Origin: an uncultured Thalassospira sp.
Lineage (GTDB): Bacteria; Pseudomonadota; Alphaproteobacteria; Rhodospirillales; Thalassospiraceae
Direction of reading: 5' to 3'
Assembly (NCBI RefSeq): GCF_963976115.1
Contig: NZ_CAXBJJ010000013.1
Location: 15,012 to 79,011, forward strand
Length of the DNA: 64,000 nt
The translations under genes were made by a program, and so were the position numbers. Shown here in pieces: positions 40,006 through 50,650 of the stretch. The notes below the pieces were generated by a model. It was not told the DNA's origin. It did no database searches and saw only the letters and a list, made by a program, of their open reading frames with translations. The first letter of the stretch is position 1. Every line of letters begins with the position of its first letter.

Positions 40006-40500
40006 TCAGGCGTTTCCAGCCGGAGTGCTTTCAGCAGTCTGAGCATATTTTTTGCGGAACAGATCGGCAAAATCGATCGGGTGCATCATCAAGGGCGGGA
40101 AGCCGCCATCGGCTGTCAGATCGGCAACGATCTTGCGGGCATAGGGGAATAACAGGCGCGGCACTTCGATCAACAGAACCGGCAAACGATGTTCATCAGG
40201 AACATTTAGCGTTACAACGGCACCATATTGCAGATCGACGACGAAGGCGACTTTGTCGGCAATTTCGGCTTTAACGTCAATTTTCAGAACAACTTCGTGC
40301 AAACGCTGGTCTTCGGTGGTCCGGGCCTGGACATCAACATCAATGTTGATTTTCGGCTGTTGTTGCAGGGCAACGCTTTCCGGCGCATTCGGATTTTCGA
40401 AGGACAAATCCTTGATATATTGGGCATGAATGGTGATCGGATTGCCAGCTTGCTGTTGCGCTGCTTCCGTGCCTTCTGCACCGGTCGTATTTTCAGCCAT
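40006..40500 (-). CDS. secB: protein-export chaperone SecB
   Basis: I..QY.KDLSFENP...., 164 aa. Confidence 0.9.
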   Translation of the reverse strand: MAENTTGAEGTEAAQQQAGNPITIHAQYIKDLSFENPNAPESVALQQQPKINIDVDVQARTTEDQRLHEVVLKIDVKAEIADKVAFVVDLQYGAVVTLNVPDEHRLPVLLIEVPRLLFPYARKIVADLTADGGFPPLMMHPIDFADLFRKKYAQTAESTPAGNA

Positions 40501-40829
40501 TAAAAGATAACTCCCTAAGATCTTGGAATTTGGTCAGGAAAAAGCCGTTCAGTCCGGATAAAACCAGGTGCCGGTGGCCGAAAATTTTTCCGATTGGGCA
40601 CACTGAAATTTTGAATGAAGGCGGCTTTTTTCTGACACCGTGCGGTTCGGTTCCCGGGTTTTGATACCACGAAAATAACGCCTGATGGCCTAGCATGGAT
40701 GGAACAGGCGGGCAAGATCAAGGCAACGGCCATATCATTTTTACCCAGGATTTGCAGGGATAAGGCGGGTTTTTCCAGCCTGCATGGTGTTGTTTGATTT
40801 TATATTTGTCTGCTTGTGACTGTTTTGCA

Positions 40830-40860
40830 CCAAAAAGCCGGGCGAAATATCCCCGGCTTT
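40830..40860 (-). terminator. fxsA terminator (AAGCCGGG...CCCGGCTT plus T-run on the minus strand)
   Basis: Read directly. Confidence 0.6.
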
Positions 40861-40915
40861 TGACAGGTGTAAGCGGTTTTGGATGGATTTTTCAAACAAG
40901 ATGGCGTCGATTGAC

Positions 40916-41515
40916 CTATCGGCGCGGCGGCAGATTGCGGTTGTTGTCGTCATTGGTATTGCTATCCGCATCGGTATCAGGATGACGATCCGTCGTGTTT
41001 TTTTGGTGATCAAGATCTTCATAATCACCATCGATGACAGGGCCGCGACCAGAACCACGAGACGCACCTTTGCTGCCATTGCCTGGCCCACCGAACGGAT
41101 CATTTTGGTGATAGCTTTGTCTTGCACTGCGTGCGCCAAAAGACATGCGCATTTTTCCCGATTTCATCATTTTCAGGATCAATCCGGCGCCAACAACGCG
41201 GCGCAGTGGTGGAATTAACAGCAAAAAGCCCATTGTATCGGTCACAAAACCGGGGGTCAGCAACAAAACCCCGGCAACCAGGATGCAAACCCCATCAAAC
41301 ATCGGTCCGATGGGCATTTTACCCTGATCAAGTTCCTGTTGGGCACGGGCCAGGGTTTTTAACCCCTGGGAACGCATCAGCGATGTGCCCAGAATTGCGG
41401 TTAAAACAACAATTGCGATGGTCGGCCACAGACCAATCAATTCCCCCGCCTGAATAAAGACGGCGATTTCGATGATCGGCATTACGACAAAAATGCCAAA
41501 AAGAATAAAGCCCAT
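40916..41515 (-). CDS. fxsA: FxsA-family membrane protein with a long Asp/Asn/Gly-rich C-terminal tail
   Basis: MPIIEIAVFIQAGELIG.WPT...V..TA..G..L.R.QG motif. Confidence 0.8.
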   Translation of the reverse strand: MGFILFGIFVVMPIIEIAVFIQAGELIGLWPTIAIVVLTAILGTSLMRSQGLKTLARAQQELDQGKMPIGPMFDGVCILVAGVLLLTPGFVTDTMGFLLLIPPLRRVVGAGLILKMMKSGKMRMSFGARSARQSYHQNDPFGGPGNGSKGASRGSGRGPVIDGDYEDLDHQKNTTDRHPDTDADSNTNDDNNRNLPPRR

Positions 41516-41809
41516 AATTGCTCCGTCTGGCGCTGGCTATTTGTAAATAAACAGAATTGGCCGAAAGGCGAATTTCTGCGTCAAATGATATTAAGCTGGT
41601 GCGATACCGACATAACTGGACGAAAATACGGCAGCGTGCCAGCGACACAGCCCGGTTTTAACATGTTTGGACGCGTCCTGGTGAAGTTGATCACATTTTT
41701 CTGTGTTCGATAGTTGCCCTTGCATTCAGATAAGGTCATACCATTTCACGAACATAGGCTGTATGGTGGCGGTTGCCGTCCGTCGACACCCCAAAACAAG
41801 AGTCCGGAA

Positions 41810-42508
41810 TTGCAATATTTTGATATTATTCTTTTTGCGTTGATCGCCGTCTTTCTGATTTTGCGCCTGCGGAGTGTGCTGGGCCGCAAAACCGGCAATG
41901 AAAAACAGGGGCCAACCGATGTTTTCGGCCGGCGTACCCATGACGATATGTCCGGTCCTGGTCAGAAAGAAGTGGCTGCTTCGTCTGGTGATGACAATGT
42001 TTATCGCCTGCCCGATTCCGGCCGCTCAAATGAAACTGCAAATCCGGTATCCAAACCGGCCTTGACGCAGATCCAGCTTGCCGACAAATCTTTCAGCCAG
42101 CAGGATTTCCTTAACGGGGCCCGCATGGCGTTTGAAATGATCGTCGAAAGTTTTGCCAAGGGCGACAAGGACACGCTGAAATCATTGCTCTCGACCGAGG
42201 TTTATAAAAACTTCGCCACAGCGATTGATGATCGTGCCTCGCGTGATGAACATGAAGAAACCACCCTGGTTGGCATTAAAACTGCCGAAATTCATGATGC
42301 CACGGTGGAAGGACGGACCGCCTATATCACGATTAAATTTGTGTCCGAGGAAGTTTCAATTGTGCGCAACAAGGCGGGCGATGTGATTTCGGGGGATCCA
42401 AACAACGTGATCGAGGCCGAAGATTTGTGGACATTTGCCCGCAATCTGGAAAGTTCGGATCCGAACTGGCAGCTTGTTGCTACCGAAATACCGGATGATG
42501 CAAGCTGA
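41810..42508 (+). CDS. Tim44-like domain protein
   Basis: N-terminal TM FDIILFALIAVFLILRLRSVLGRKTG and a C-terminal Tim44 fold (W.LV). The start is uncertain: TTG at 41810 (preferred) or TTG at 41714 (ORF track). Confidence 0.7.
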   Translation: MQYFDIILFALIAVFLILRLRSVLGRKTGNEKQGPTDVFGRRTHDDMSGPGQKEVAASSGDDNVYRLPDSGRSNETANPVSKPALTQIQLADKSFSQQDFLNGARMAFEMIVESFAKGDKDTLKSLLSTEVYKNFATAIDDRASRDEHEETTLVGIKTAEIHDATVEGRTAYITIKFVSEEVSIVRNKAGDVISGDPNNVIEAEDLWTFARNLESSDPNWQLVATEIPDDAS

Positions 42509-42693
42509 TATCGCATTATGCGGTGACAAGATTATATAAAGGCGGTTTCCCGGCAGGTGAAACCGCCTTTTTTGGGGGCCGGTTTAAAGGAAACATGCTT
42601 TACCTCGTGCTTCTGGTTTTTTAACCGTTTTAACCGACACTGTGATCTTTGCGCCTGTGTGCTTTCAGGCAGGTTTTGGTCCCGGTTTGGTAA

Positions 42694-43986
42694 ATGGCGG
42701 CTTTTTTGACGAAAAAACGAATTCCCCTGCTGTTTGGTGCGTTTCTGGTTTTGGTTGCAATTATGGTTGCAGGCAGTGCAACCTGGTTTTTCTGGCCTAA
42801 AATTGCCGCTTATATTACCCCGCCAGAAAAGCCGGACCATTTAACCCTGTCCCCTGCCCGTTTTAGCGACCTTGACGGCTGGCAGACAGATAATATGCAG
42901 CCTGCCCTGGTTGCGTTTCAACGCTCTTGTGCGCGGATATTAAAACGGGCTGACGACAAGGATATCGGGCCTGACCCCCGGGTGGGAACGGTTGCCCAAT
43001 GGCGGCCTGCCTGTGAAATGGCATTGGCGATTGATGCGAACACCATTCGCAGCGAAGATTTGCGTATTTTTTTCCAAACCGCGTTTTTGCCCTGGCGTGC
43101 GGGCAACAATAATGACCCGGTAGGGTTGTTTACCGGGTATTACGAACCTGAATTACGCGGCAGCCTGACCCGCCATGACCAATTTCAAATACCGTTATAT
43201 CTAAAACCCGATGACATGGTTGACATCGATCTTGGTGCCTTTCGCGATGCCCTGAAAGGTCAGACGGTTGTTGGGCGCGTTACCGGCAAAAAAGTGGTGC
43301 CCTATTACAATCGCAGTGAAATTGAGGCAGGTGCCCTGGCAAACCGTGACCTTGAACTGGTTTGGGTGGATGATGCGGTTGACGCGTTCTTTCTGCAAAT
43401 TCAGGGGTCTGGTCGGGTTGTTCTGGATGATGGCAGTATTTTGAAGGTGGGATATTCCGGCACCAATGGCCAAGCCTATTTTGCCATCGGCCGCGAATTG
43501 ATCAAACGTGGTGCATTAACCCCCAAAACGGTTTCGCTGCAAACCATTCGCCAATGGTTGCAAGATCATCCCGATCAGGCCGACGACGTGATGAACCTTA
43601 ATGCGTCCTATGTGTTTTTTCGCCATTTGCCGGGCGACCCGGATGCCGGGCCGATTGGCGCGCAGGGCGTGCCGCTTGAAACCGAACGTTCATTGGCGGT
43701 GGACCGGCGTTTTCATGCCATGGGCGTGCCGATCTGGCTTGAAACCCGCGATGCAATGAATGCAGATCGTAAATTTCATCAGCTTATGATCGCGCAGGAT
43801 ACCGGCGGGGCCATTCGCGGGCCGGTGCGCGGCGATGTCTTTTTTGGGCCGGGTGAAAAGGCTGCCTTGCATGCCGGGCATATGAACCGGCAGGGTCAAA
43901 CCTACCTGTTGTTACCTCGCAGCATTGTGATTGATAAAACTTTAACAACCCAGCCCGATCAAACGCGCGATACTTCTTTAAAATAG
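42694..43986 (+). CDS. mltA: murein transglycosylase A
   Basis: TGYYEP...G, FFLQIQGSG, and D.GGAI.G..R.D.F.G (3D domain). Confidence 0.88.
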   Translation: MAAFLTKKRIPLLFGAFLVLVAIMVAGSATWFFWPKIAAYITPPEKPDHLTLSPARFSDLDGWQTDNMQPALVAFQRSCARILKRADDKDIGPDPRVGTVAQWRPACEMALAIDANTIRSEDLRIFFQTAFLPWRAGNNNDPVGLFTGYYEPELRGSLTRHDQFQIPLYLKPDDMVDIDLGAFRDALKGQTVVGRVTGKKVVPYYNRSEIEAGALANRDLELVWVDDAVDAFFLQIQGSGRVVLDDGSILKVGYSGTNGQAYFAIGRELIKRGALTPKTVSLQTIRQWLQDHPDQADDVMNLNASYVFFRHLPGDPDAGPIGAQGVPLETERSLAVDRRFHAMGVPIWLETRDAMNADRKFHQLMIAQDTGGAIRGPVRGDVFFGPGEKAALHAGHMNRQGQTYLLLPRSIVIDKTLTTQPDQTRDTSLK

Positions 43987-44032
43987 AACTCTCAAAATAC
44001 GATAATCAAAACAGCCATCAGGGACCAATGCG

Positions 44033-44404
44033 ATGATCCGTCATATTGTTTTGGTACAGGTGCCCTACCATGCTGACCGGACTGAAACCGAGGCGGTGTT
44101 TCTTGGCATGCAAGAAATTGCAGCAAGTATTAAAGGTATGCTGGGTTTTGCCGGAGGCCGTAACCTTGATAAAGACGGTCTCCATCAGGGCTTCACCCAT
44201 GCTTTCACCATCGACTTTACAGGTATTGATGCCCGGGATGATTATGTCGCCAATCTGGAGCATAACCAGATTGGTCATCGCCTGGCGAAACTGGCCCAAG
44301 GCGGGTTGGGCGGCATCATGGTGATGAATATCGATATTGATGAGATATCAGCACCAGGACCCAAAAATAAAAAACTGCGGAAACTTCAGGCCTTTTGGGG
44401 CTGA
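44033..44404 (+). CDS. Dabb (stress-responsive alpha/beta-barrel) family protein
   Basis: MIRHIVLV... N-terminus and domain length. Confidence 0.65.
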   Translation: MIRHIVLVQVPYHADRTETEAVFLGMQEIAASIKGMLGFAGGRNLDKDGLHQGFTHAFTIDFTGIDARDDYVANLEHNQIGHRLAKLAQGGLGGIMVMNIDIDEISAPGPKNKKLRKLQAFWG

Positions 44405-44473
44405 AACAGGCTTAATATAAAATAAGTTTATTTAAAAATATCTAATTCAGGTTTTGTTGTTAATCGTATTTAT

Positions 44474-44500
44474 AAAAACAGGCAGGAAACAAATCCTGCC
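44474..44500 (-). terminator. rlmN terminator (GGCAGGA-tttgtt-TCCTGCC plus T-run on the minus strand)
   Basis: Read directly. Confidence 0.55.
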
Positions 44501-44543
44501 CGCTTCTATTTTGATATTTTCAATGCCAATGGCCTGGTCGGTT

Positions 44544-45935
44544 TTATTGGGCGGCAACAGTATTGTTATTTGCAGTATCGCTTTGGCAAGCGCGTGCTTT
44601 GCGCAACCGCTGGCTTTCCGATTTAAGCTGGCCGCAGGCTGCCAGAATATCGCGGCCGCGCGGCCAGCGAATTGGTGCTTCATAGCCACATTCATTCAAG
44701 GTATTGGCAAATTTTTTGATACCAGCCGTCGGTGTGCATTCATAATCCGAGCCTGGCCATTTGTTAAACGGGATCAGGTTGAACTTGCAATTCACCCCTT
44801 GCACCAGCTTGGCCAGGGCACGGGCATGTTCGGGCTGGTCATTGACACCTTTTAACATCACATATTCCATTGTGATGGGCCGCGAATTGGACATGCCGGG
44901 ATAGTGGCGGCACGCATTCATCAATTCTTTTAACGGATATTTTTTATTGATCGGCATGATTTCGTTGCGCAGATCATCGTCCGGGGCGTGTAGCGAAATG
45001 GCCAGGCCAACGCCCAGTTCTTCACCGGCACGGACAATTTCAGGCACCACACCCGATGTCGACAGGGTAATGCGGCGACGCGAAATCGAAATGCCTTCGC
45101 CGTCCATGGCAATACGCAGGGCATCGCGCACATTTTCATAGTTAAATAACGGCTCGCCCATGCCCATCATGACAATGTTGGACAGGCGGCGGATTCCATT
45201 GGCCGGGGTCGGCCATTCGCCGTAGCTGTCGCGTGCGACCATGAACTGGCTGATGATTTCGCCTGGTGTCAGGTTGCGCACCAAAAGCTGGGTGCCGGTA
45301 TGGCAAAACTTGCAGGTCAGCGTGCAGCCCACCTGGGATGACACACACACAGCACCGCGGTCTTCGTGCCGGTCGGGGATATAAACGGCTTCGGCTTCGT
45401 TACCATCACCAAAGCGCATCAGCCATTTGTGGGTGTCGTCTGAACTTTTTTGATCGGCGGTCAAAACCGGGCGGCCAATGATGTAATCCTGGCTAAGCCG
45501 TTCGCGCAGTTTGACCGAAATATTGGTCATGCCGTCAATGCTGGTGACACCCCGGTTATACATCCAGTTCCACAGCTGTTTGACGCGGAATTTGCTTTCG
45601 CCCATGCCGGAAAGAACTTCGGTCAGTTCCTCGCGCGACATGCCGATCAAATCCTTGCGGCCATCCGCTGTCAGTCCGCCTTTGGCACGGGCGACAAAAT
45701 CAGACAGGCCGGGCTGGGGCGCCTGGGATACCTGGGCCGGTTTTTCATTGAGGATACCGGAATTTTCCGCACCAACGTTTGCCACCTGATCAGCATTTTG
45801 CTGCAAAGGGGTCATATCGCTTTTAGATGCGTGTAAGACATCGCTATCGGTCATTCCGGTCTCTCTCTTGTCTGGCAAGGGGTGTTTGGTGTGTTTTGGC
45901 ACTGGCAAATGCGGGGTATGAACGCCAGCAGCCAT
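44544..45935 (-). CDS. rlmN: 23S rRNA/tRNA (adenine-C2)-methyltransferase RlmN (radical SAM)
   Basis: [18 protein letters not shown] radical-SAM cluster and GMGEPL. The true start may be the internal Met at 45854. Confidence 0.9.
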   Translation of the reverse strand: MAAGVHTPHLPVPKHTKHPLPDKRETGMTDSDVLHASKSDMTPLQQNADQVANVGAENSGILNEKPAQVSQAPQPGLSDFVARAKGGLTADGRKDLIGMSREELTEVLSGMGESKFRVKQLWNWMYNRGVTSIDGMTNISVKLRERLSQDYIIGRPVLTADQKSSDDTHKWLMRFGDGNEAEAVYIPDRHEDRGAVCVSSQVGCTLTCKFCHTGTQLLVRNLTPGEIISQFMVARDSYGEWPTPANGIRRLSNIVMMGMGEPLFNYENVRDALRIAMDGEGISISRRRITLSTSGVVPEIVRAGEELGVGLAISLHAPDDDLRNEIMPINKKYPLKELMNACRHYPGMSNSRPITMEYVMLKGVNDQPEHARALAKLVQGVNCKFNLIPFNKWPGSDYECTPTAGIKKFANTLNECGYEAPIRWPRGRDILAACGQLKSESQRLRKARACQSDTANNNTVAAQ

Positions 45936-46205
45936 AACATATTCAGTCCACGCGTCATATGGTCATGACATTATATACGGCAAATACTGCCGGAATTGTC
46001 ATGTTTTGGCCGGGCCTGAAAACAGGGTTGGGCCGCTTGGGTCGGTTACGCTATGTCAGTTCTTGTTAAAAAACCAATCGCCCCGCATATAGCGGAGCGA
46101 CGGTTAATGATAAACGATAAAATTCACATTGCAGCCATCGGATGGAAACAGGGACAGGCCGCTATTTCCGGTCGGGGAGAGAAACTGCAAGGTCTGTATC
46201 AGGCT

Positions 46206-46757
46206 TTAATTGACGGGTTTGATGCCGCAAGCCTTTGAAATTGCGTTATAGGCATCGGTAAAACCGGAAAGGGAATAGGTATCTGTGGTTTTCGTGTCGC
46301 GGGATGAATAACCAACAACCGACATTTTGATGCCAGCTTTCATTGCCTTAACCAGTTTGCGGTCTTCTTCGCTGTTCACGGCCCAGGCTGAATCGTCATA
46401 GGTAAACAGTTTAAAACGATTCGAATCGACCCGAACATCGACGTCACTGTTTTTCTTGTAGGTATAGCCGGTGATAAAGCTGACCTCGTTAAACAGTTTC
46501 AGCGCGGGGCGATGGGTCACCATCACATAAATTTTGCCGCGCTTGTTGTAGTCACCTTTGGCCGAGGTCGGCTGGCTGCCCATATAACAAACTTTTTTGC
46601 CTTTTTCGGTATAGGTATAGGCTTCCCACTTGCTATAGACGTCGATCAATTCCGGGGAATTTTGCGCAAAGGCCGAACTGCTGCCGGTCACCGACACCAT
46701 CATGGCAATTGCGCCGAGAAGAGTGCTTTTGACGAGACGATGTACTGCTTTTTCCAT
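46206..46757 (-). CDS. invasion-associated locus B (IalB)-family periplasmic protein
   Basis: Signal peptide ...SSAFA|Q and a W..Y......KVCY pattern. Confidence 0.55.
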   Translation of the reverse strand: MEKAVHRLVKSTLLGAIAMMVSVTGSSSAFAQNSPELIDVYSKWEAYTYTEKGKKVCYMGSQPTSAKGDYNKRGKIYVMVTHRPALKLFNEVSFITGYTYKKNSDVDVRVDSNRFKLFTYDDSAWAVNSEEDRKLVKAMKAGIKMSVVGYSSRDTKTTDTYSLSGFTDAYNAISKACGIKPVN

Positions 46758-46997
46758 GGTATCCGCGTAACTAATCTGTGGTTATCAGGATTTTGGTGCC
46801 GGCATTTTGGGCCGACAGGCATACATTGCGATCAAAACAGGGCATTAAACCGTAAAAACCGGTTTTAGACACTTCCATTTTCATCACGCTATAAACCGAA
46901 GAAATCATTACCGACCAATGTGGCGGGCAAAGGTAAAGATTCGACCAAGGAATCGCAGGTTTTTTGGTATTTAAAGCTGTATCTGCCAGGGCCAAAT

Positions 46998-47639
46998 TCA
47001 CCCTTTGTGCGATTCGCGGTTTTTCACCACTTCGTCAAGGCAGTCCTGCAAGTCAATTTTGCCATTTCCGTCGCGTAAGCGCGCCAGCATATGAACCAGA
47101 ACAGGTTGTTTTTTTTCGCCCTGCGGATAGAAAAAAACATCCAGCGCACAGCGTTCAGACCGATATTGCCAAACCTTGGCCGACCCTTCCCCGCGCTGCA
47201 TTTCAGGTTTGCCCAGCCTGGCTTCAACTGCCTTGCCATCAAGATTGGCAAGGGTGGCCGCCTTGATCTGAACAAACGGGATCGCTGCGGTCTGTTTGGG
47301 TTTTACATTCGGTTTGATCGGTATTGTACGGTCTGTTGTCCTCGATGCAGCCCTGCTGTTAGGGGTGCGAACCGGGGTTTTGGTAACCGATGTGGCATCT
47401 GTTTTTGACGCATCGGCACCGTGGTCCCGCGCGATGCCGTCGCTATAGGATGCACCGTTCAGGGTGTTTTTGCCATAAGTGGTGTTTGTCGCCCCCGGCC
47501 CAACGGCATTGCCAGCACAAGCCGCCAGAAAAACCGATAGCAAAATCACAGAAATGATTGCGCCAAGCCGTTTCCGGGCACTGGTTAACAGTGCACCGGA
47601 ACAATCAGGCCTGAATGTTAAAAAAACTGCGCCGCGCAC
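46998..47639 (-). CDS. hypothetical lipoprotein
   Basis: Lipobox VFLAAC|AG. Immediately downstream of the bactofilin gene. Confidence 0.5.
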   Translation of the reverse strand: MRGAVFLTFRPDCSGALLTSARKRLGAIISVILLSVFLAACAGNAVGPGATNTTYGKNTLNGASYSDGIARDHGADASKTDATSVTKTPVRTPNSRAASRTTDRTIPIKPNVKPKQTAAIPFVQIKAATLANLDGKAVEARLGKPEMQRGEGSAKVWQYRSERCALDVFFYPQGEKKQPVLVHMLARLRDGNGKIDLQDCLDEVVKNRESHKG

Positions 47640-47642
47640 GGA

Positions 47643-48368
47643 TCAGGAATCGTCGCTTTTGCGCGGAATCGTGATGGCAGCTGACGGGGCCTGGCGGCTC
47701 GACGGGTCATCATTGCCTTCAATATAATCAAGGCTTCCTTTGATGCGGGCGCCATTTTCAATCTGCAGGCTGCCGTAATTGATTGCCCCCTTGATGTCGG
47801 CTGTCCCCATGATGCTCACCCGGCGGGCATTAAGTTCGCCTTCGAAATTGCCGCTGATTTCGGCTTCGTCAACCTTGACGGTGCCAACAAAAGTACCACC
47901 GTCGCACACTTCAATGCGCTGGCAATCGTTGATCTGGGCTTCGACATGGCCTTCAACGACCAGAATGTCGCAAGATCCGATTTCACCCGACAACCGAATA
48001 TCCCGGCCAACGGTCAGCTTTTTGCCGTCGGTATTCGAAACCGGGGAGCTGGGGCGGTTGGCACTGCCGCGGGTTGGAATTTCCAACGGACGTTTGTGGA
48101 TTTCCGGGCGGAAGTTGGTGGAATGGGGTTTGCTGGACATTGCGGGTTCATCCTTGGTGCGCGCCTGGGTAAACAGACGCGGCTCGCTACGTTTTTCGGG
48201 TGTGTCGACCGGTTTTTTCACCGGTGATGACGCGGTCTTTACCTCGGGCCGGTTCGACGTTGCATCCGGTTTCCCGGTAACTGCCGGTTCCAAAGATGTA
48301 TCCGACGAAGCGGGTCTGCTGTCGACTGTTTTGTTGGCTTTTTTCTTACCGAACATGGGATTGGTCAA
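47643..48368 (-). CDS. bactofilin (polymer-forming cytoskeletal protein) with a long Pro/Ser/Lys-rich N-terminus
   Basis: The repetitive beta-helix segment G.I......VEG.VEA.I........V...G.F.G.V....A.I.G.F.G is the DUF583 pattern. Confidence 0.75.
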   Translation of the reverse strand: MTNPMFGKKKANKTVDSRPASSDTSLEPAVTGKPDATSNRPEVKTASSPVKKPVDTPEKRSEPRLFTQARTKDEPAMSSKPHSTNFRPEIHKRPLEIPTRGSANRPSSPVSNTDGKKLTVGRDIRLSGEIGSCDILVVEGHVEAQINDCQRIEVCDGGTFVGTVKVDEAEISGNFEGELNARRVSIMGTADIKGAINYGSLQIENGARIKGSLDYIEGNDDPSSRQAPSAAITIPRKSDDS

Positions 48369-48445
48369 TCCTTGTCTTGCAGTTTCTGGCGAGAGGTAAC
48401 GCCACAGGGTTGGTTTTGCTTAATAATCGGATCGAATTTACACTG

Positions 48446-49126
48446 TCAGGCGGCCACACCAGGCTGGAAGGCGCCAAGACGGATGCAGTAATGCACCATG
48501 AAAGCTGTGGCAATGACAGGTGCAACCAGATTAACGAAAGGAACCGTCATCAGGAATGTCAGGGCGATACCGGCCATCCATAACTTTATCTGGCGACTTT
48601 TGCGAAACGCGGTCATGGTTTGCACATCATAACGGCGGGCCGCGACCAGTTCAAAATATTCACGCGATATCAAGTAGCCATTCATTGCATAGAATGCGAT
48701 GACGTAAATCGGCCCGGTAATCAGCAATGGCAGAATCAGGATATTAAGGAACAACGCCGTCAGGGAAAATTTAAGGCCGTTGATCAGCGCTTCCAAAAAA
48801 GGCTGATGCCGGGGCTGTTCCAAATGCGGGTAATGTTTGTCTTCAACCGCTTCGGCGATCTGATCAAGCAGAAGGCTGCTGATCAGGACCGTCATCGCGG
48901 GAAACAGCAACAAGACCAGCAAAGCCAGGCCGACACCCAAAAGCCAGTCGGCAACTGTTTCCAGCCAGCCGCCATCCGAGAAAAGGGTGACCGAATTTAA
49001 GGTAAAACCAATCGCACCCCATAATGCCAGAATTGTCAGGATTGCCCCGCCCACGCCGATCAGGACCACACGGCGAAACCGGGGGTCCGAAAACTGGGCC
49101 AGTGATTTCATGAAGTCATTGATCAT
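48446..49126 (-). CDS. EI24/CysZ-like membrane protein
   Basis: Multi-TM, with F.DPRFRRV N-terminus, typical of the alphaproteobacterial EI24-domain family. Confidence 0.55.
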   Translation of the reverse strand: MINDFMKSLAQFSDPRFRRVVLIGVGGAILTILALWGAIGFTLNSVTLFSDGGWLETVADWLLGVGLALLVLLLFPAMTVLISSLLLDQIAEAVEDKHYPHLEQPRHQPFLEALINGLKFSLTALFLNILILPLLITGPIYVIAFYAMNGYLISREYFELVAARRYDVQTMTAFRKSRQIKLWMAGIALTFLMTVPFVNLVAPVIATAFMVHYCIRLGAFQPGVAA

Positions 49127-49380
49127 TTTATTGGGTCAGGTCCTGTGTTGGTGCCGTTTTTTAGGGCCATTTCGGGTGTCGTCTGGTGCAATTATGTTGC
49201 TTGTCCTTGCCAATCGGTCCGGGCAGGCAATTTTCACCACGCATCATACTTGATAGGCAATGAAAATTAACAGCCCGTGAAGCCGGGATGCTGCTTTTGC
49301 CAAAATCGTTAATAAAGATGAAAAAAAACATTCTTTGTCAGCGTTGGCGTCGTTGTTTCGGGGATTGGCTGGCTGCGAAC

Positions 49381-49418
49381 AAAAAAGAGGCGTCCGGCCA
49401 GGGGGGTAACCGGACGCC
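49381..49418 (-). terminator. strong intrinsic terminator (GGCGTCCGG-loop-CCGGACGCC plus TCTTTTTT on the minus strand)
   Basis: Read directly. Confidence 0.8.
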
Positions 49419-49510
49419 AGCGCTCCATCACTCTGGAGTGTCGGGGAACGGTAGGGGAAACCGTATCCTCGAACCGGTCTTCCTTAAATTCAGGAAGCCT
49501 TGTGACAATC
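49381..49510 (-). ncRNA. candidate small RNA (~130 nt; three short hairpins plus a terminator; C-rich loops)
   Basis: Minus-strand hairpins CUUCCU-gaauuua-AGGAAG, ACGGU-uuccccu-ACCGU and CUCCA-gaguga-UGGAG, then the terminator. A TATAAA lies at about 49512-49517 on the minus strand. No convincing ORF. The 5' end is unknown. Confidence 0.35.
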
Positions 49511-49737
49511 GTTTATATGGGTAGGTCTTTGGCAGATTGCCAGTCTTGGTAACGGCATGGCGGCTATAAATTTAACGCATGACAGTGAAAAAACATCACG
49601 TTTCAGGCCGTTTTCCAGCTGCTCTAATCCATGCACAGCCGCATCTGCCCCAATCTGTTGCGATATCTTGTTGAATTGAGGCAACATTTTATAGTGCCAG
49701 TTTTACCGGTGCGAAAACCGGAGAGCATCAAGGGCCA

Positions 49738-50448
49738 CTAGTTGCCGCTACCAATCCAGATTCTTTTAAATTCGAACAATTTTTGATCCAGTTTCATGCC
49801 TTCTTCGGCATTAAACAGCGTCACAGTGGTTTCAATACCGGTGGCATCCTCGACCACCCATTGGCGCAATTGCAACGGGTTATCCTGAAACACCAGGGTT
49901 ACATTGCCTGCACCGGGGTCGGATTTGCGGACCAGTTTGACGCGAATGGTTTCGGCCGTGCGACGAAAATCGATAATCTTAACATCACGACTTAGTGAAA
50001 CATGATCGGCCAAAATCAGCCCGGCCGGGGTTTCATCGATGTTGAAATAGGTCGGCGCGTTGATTTCCTTGTCATAATAAATAAAATCATGACCGGTCGC
50101 GACCAGCAGAATTTGCGATGGCGGGTCATATTCAAACCGCATCTTGCCGGGGCGTTGCATATAAACCGTGCCCTTGGCGGAGCCGCCATCCGACGAGATT
50201 TGCACAAAGTCGGCTTTAAGGGTGGTGATTGCGTTCAGGTAATCTTCGATCCGGGAAACATCCTGCAGGTCTTTTGCGCTTAAGACAGCGGCATCGGCCG
50301 CGTACGCAGACGGTGTTGCCACCAGCATGGTACCAGCAAAAGGCAGACCGGCCACAACCGCACCTGCAAGCAGGGTTGATGTTGCAAGCGGGCGAAGAGC
50401 CGAGGCAAGTTTCTTGGAAATACTGGCGAAGCGCAAATCTGAACCCAT
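49738..50448 (-). CDS. lolA: LolA-family outer-membrane lipoprotein carrier protein
   Basis: Signal peptide ...PSAYA|AD and the pattern L.ADF.Q......G....G.....RPGKMRFEY..P. Confidence 0.7.
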   Translation of the reverse strand: MGSDLRFASISKKLASALRPLATSTLLAGAVVAGLPFAGTMLVATPSAYAADAAVLSAKDLQDVSRIEDYLNAITTLKADFVQISSDGGSAKGTVYMQRPGKMRFEYDPPSQILLVATGHDFIYYDKEINAPTYFNIDETPAGLILADHVSLSRDVKIIDFRRTAETIRVKLVRKSDPGAGNVTLVFQDNPLQLRQWVVEDATGIETTVTLFNAEEGMKLDQKLFEFKRIWIGSGN

Positions 50449-50650
50449 TTATGTAGCCTGTTTATCAAATCTTGCTTTACGCAAAGGCGATTGCGAAAAG
50501 CCAATGGCAGGTGATAGTAATTTCATCAAACGTTTAACATATCGCATCATTTGGCGTGCAAGACCAGTCTGGTCAAGACGTGCCTGCAAATGATCACAAT
50601 TGGCGGAAAAACGCCTTTATTGGCATCCGCGACAAGGAGATACCCGGAAG

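Noticed and set aside
40741-41139. 132-aa minus-strand ORF overlapping the fxsA 3' end and terminator
   Set aside because: It is out of frame with the well-supported fxsA, runs through the fxsA terminator hairpin, and has low-complexity composition.
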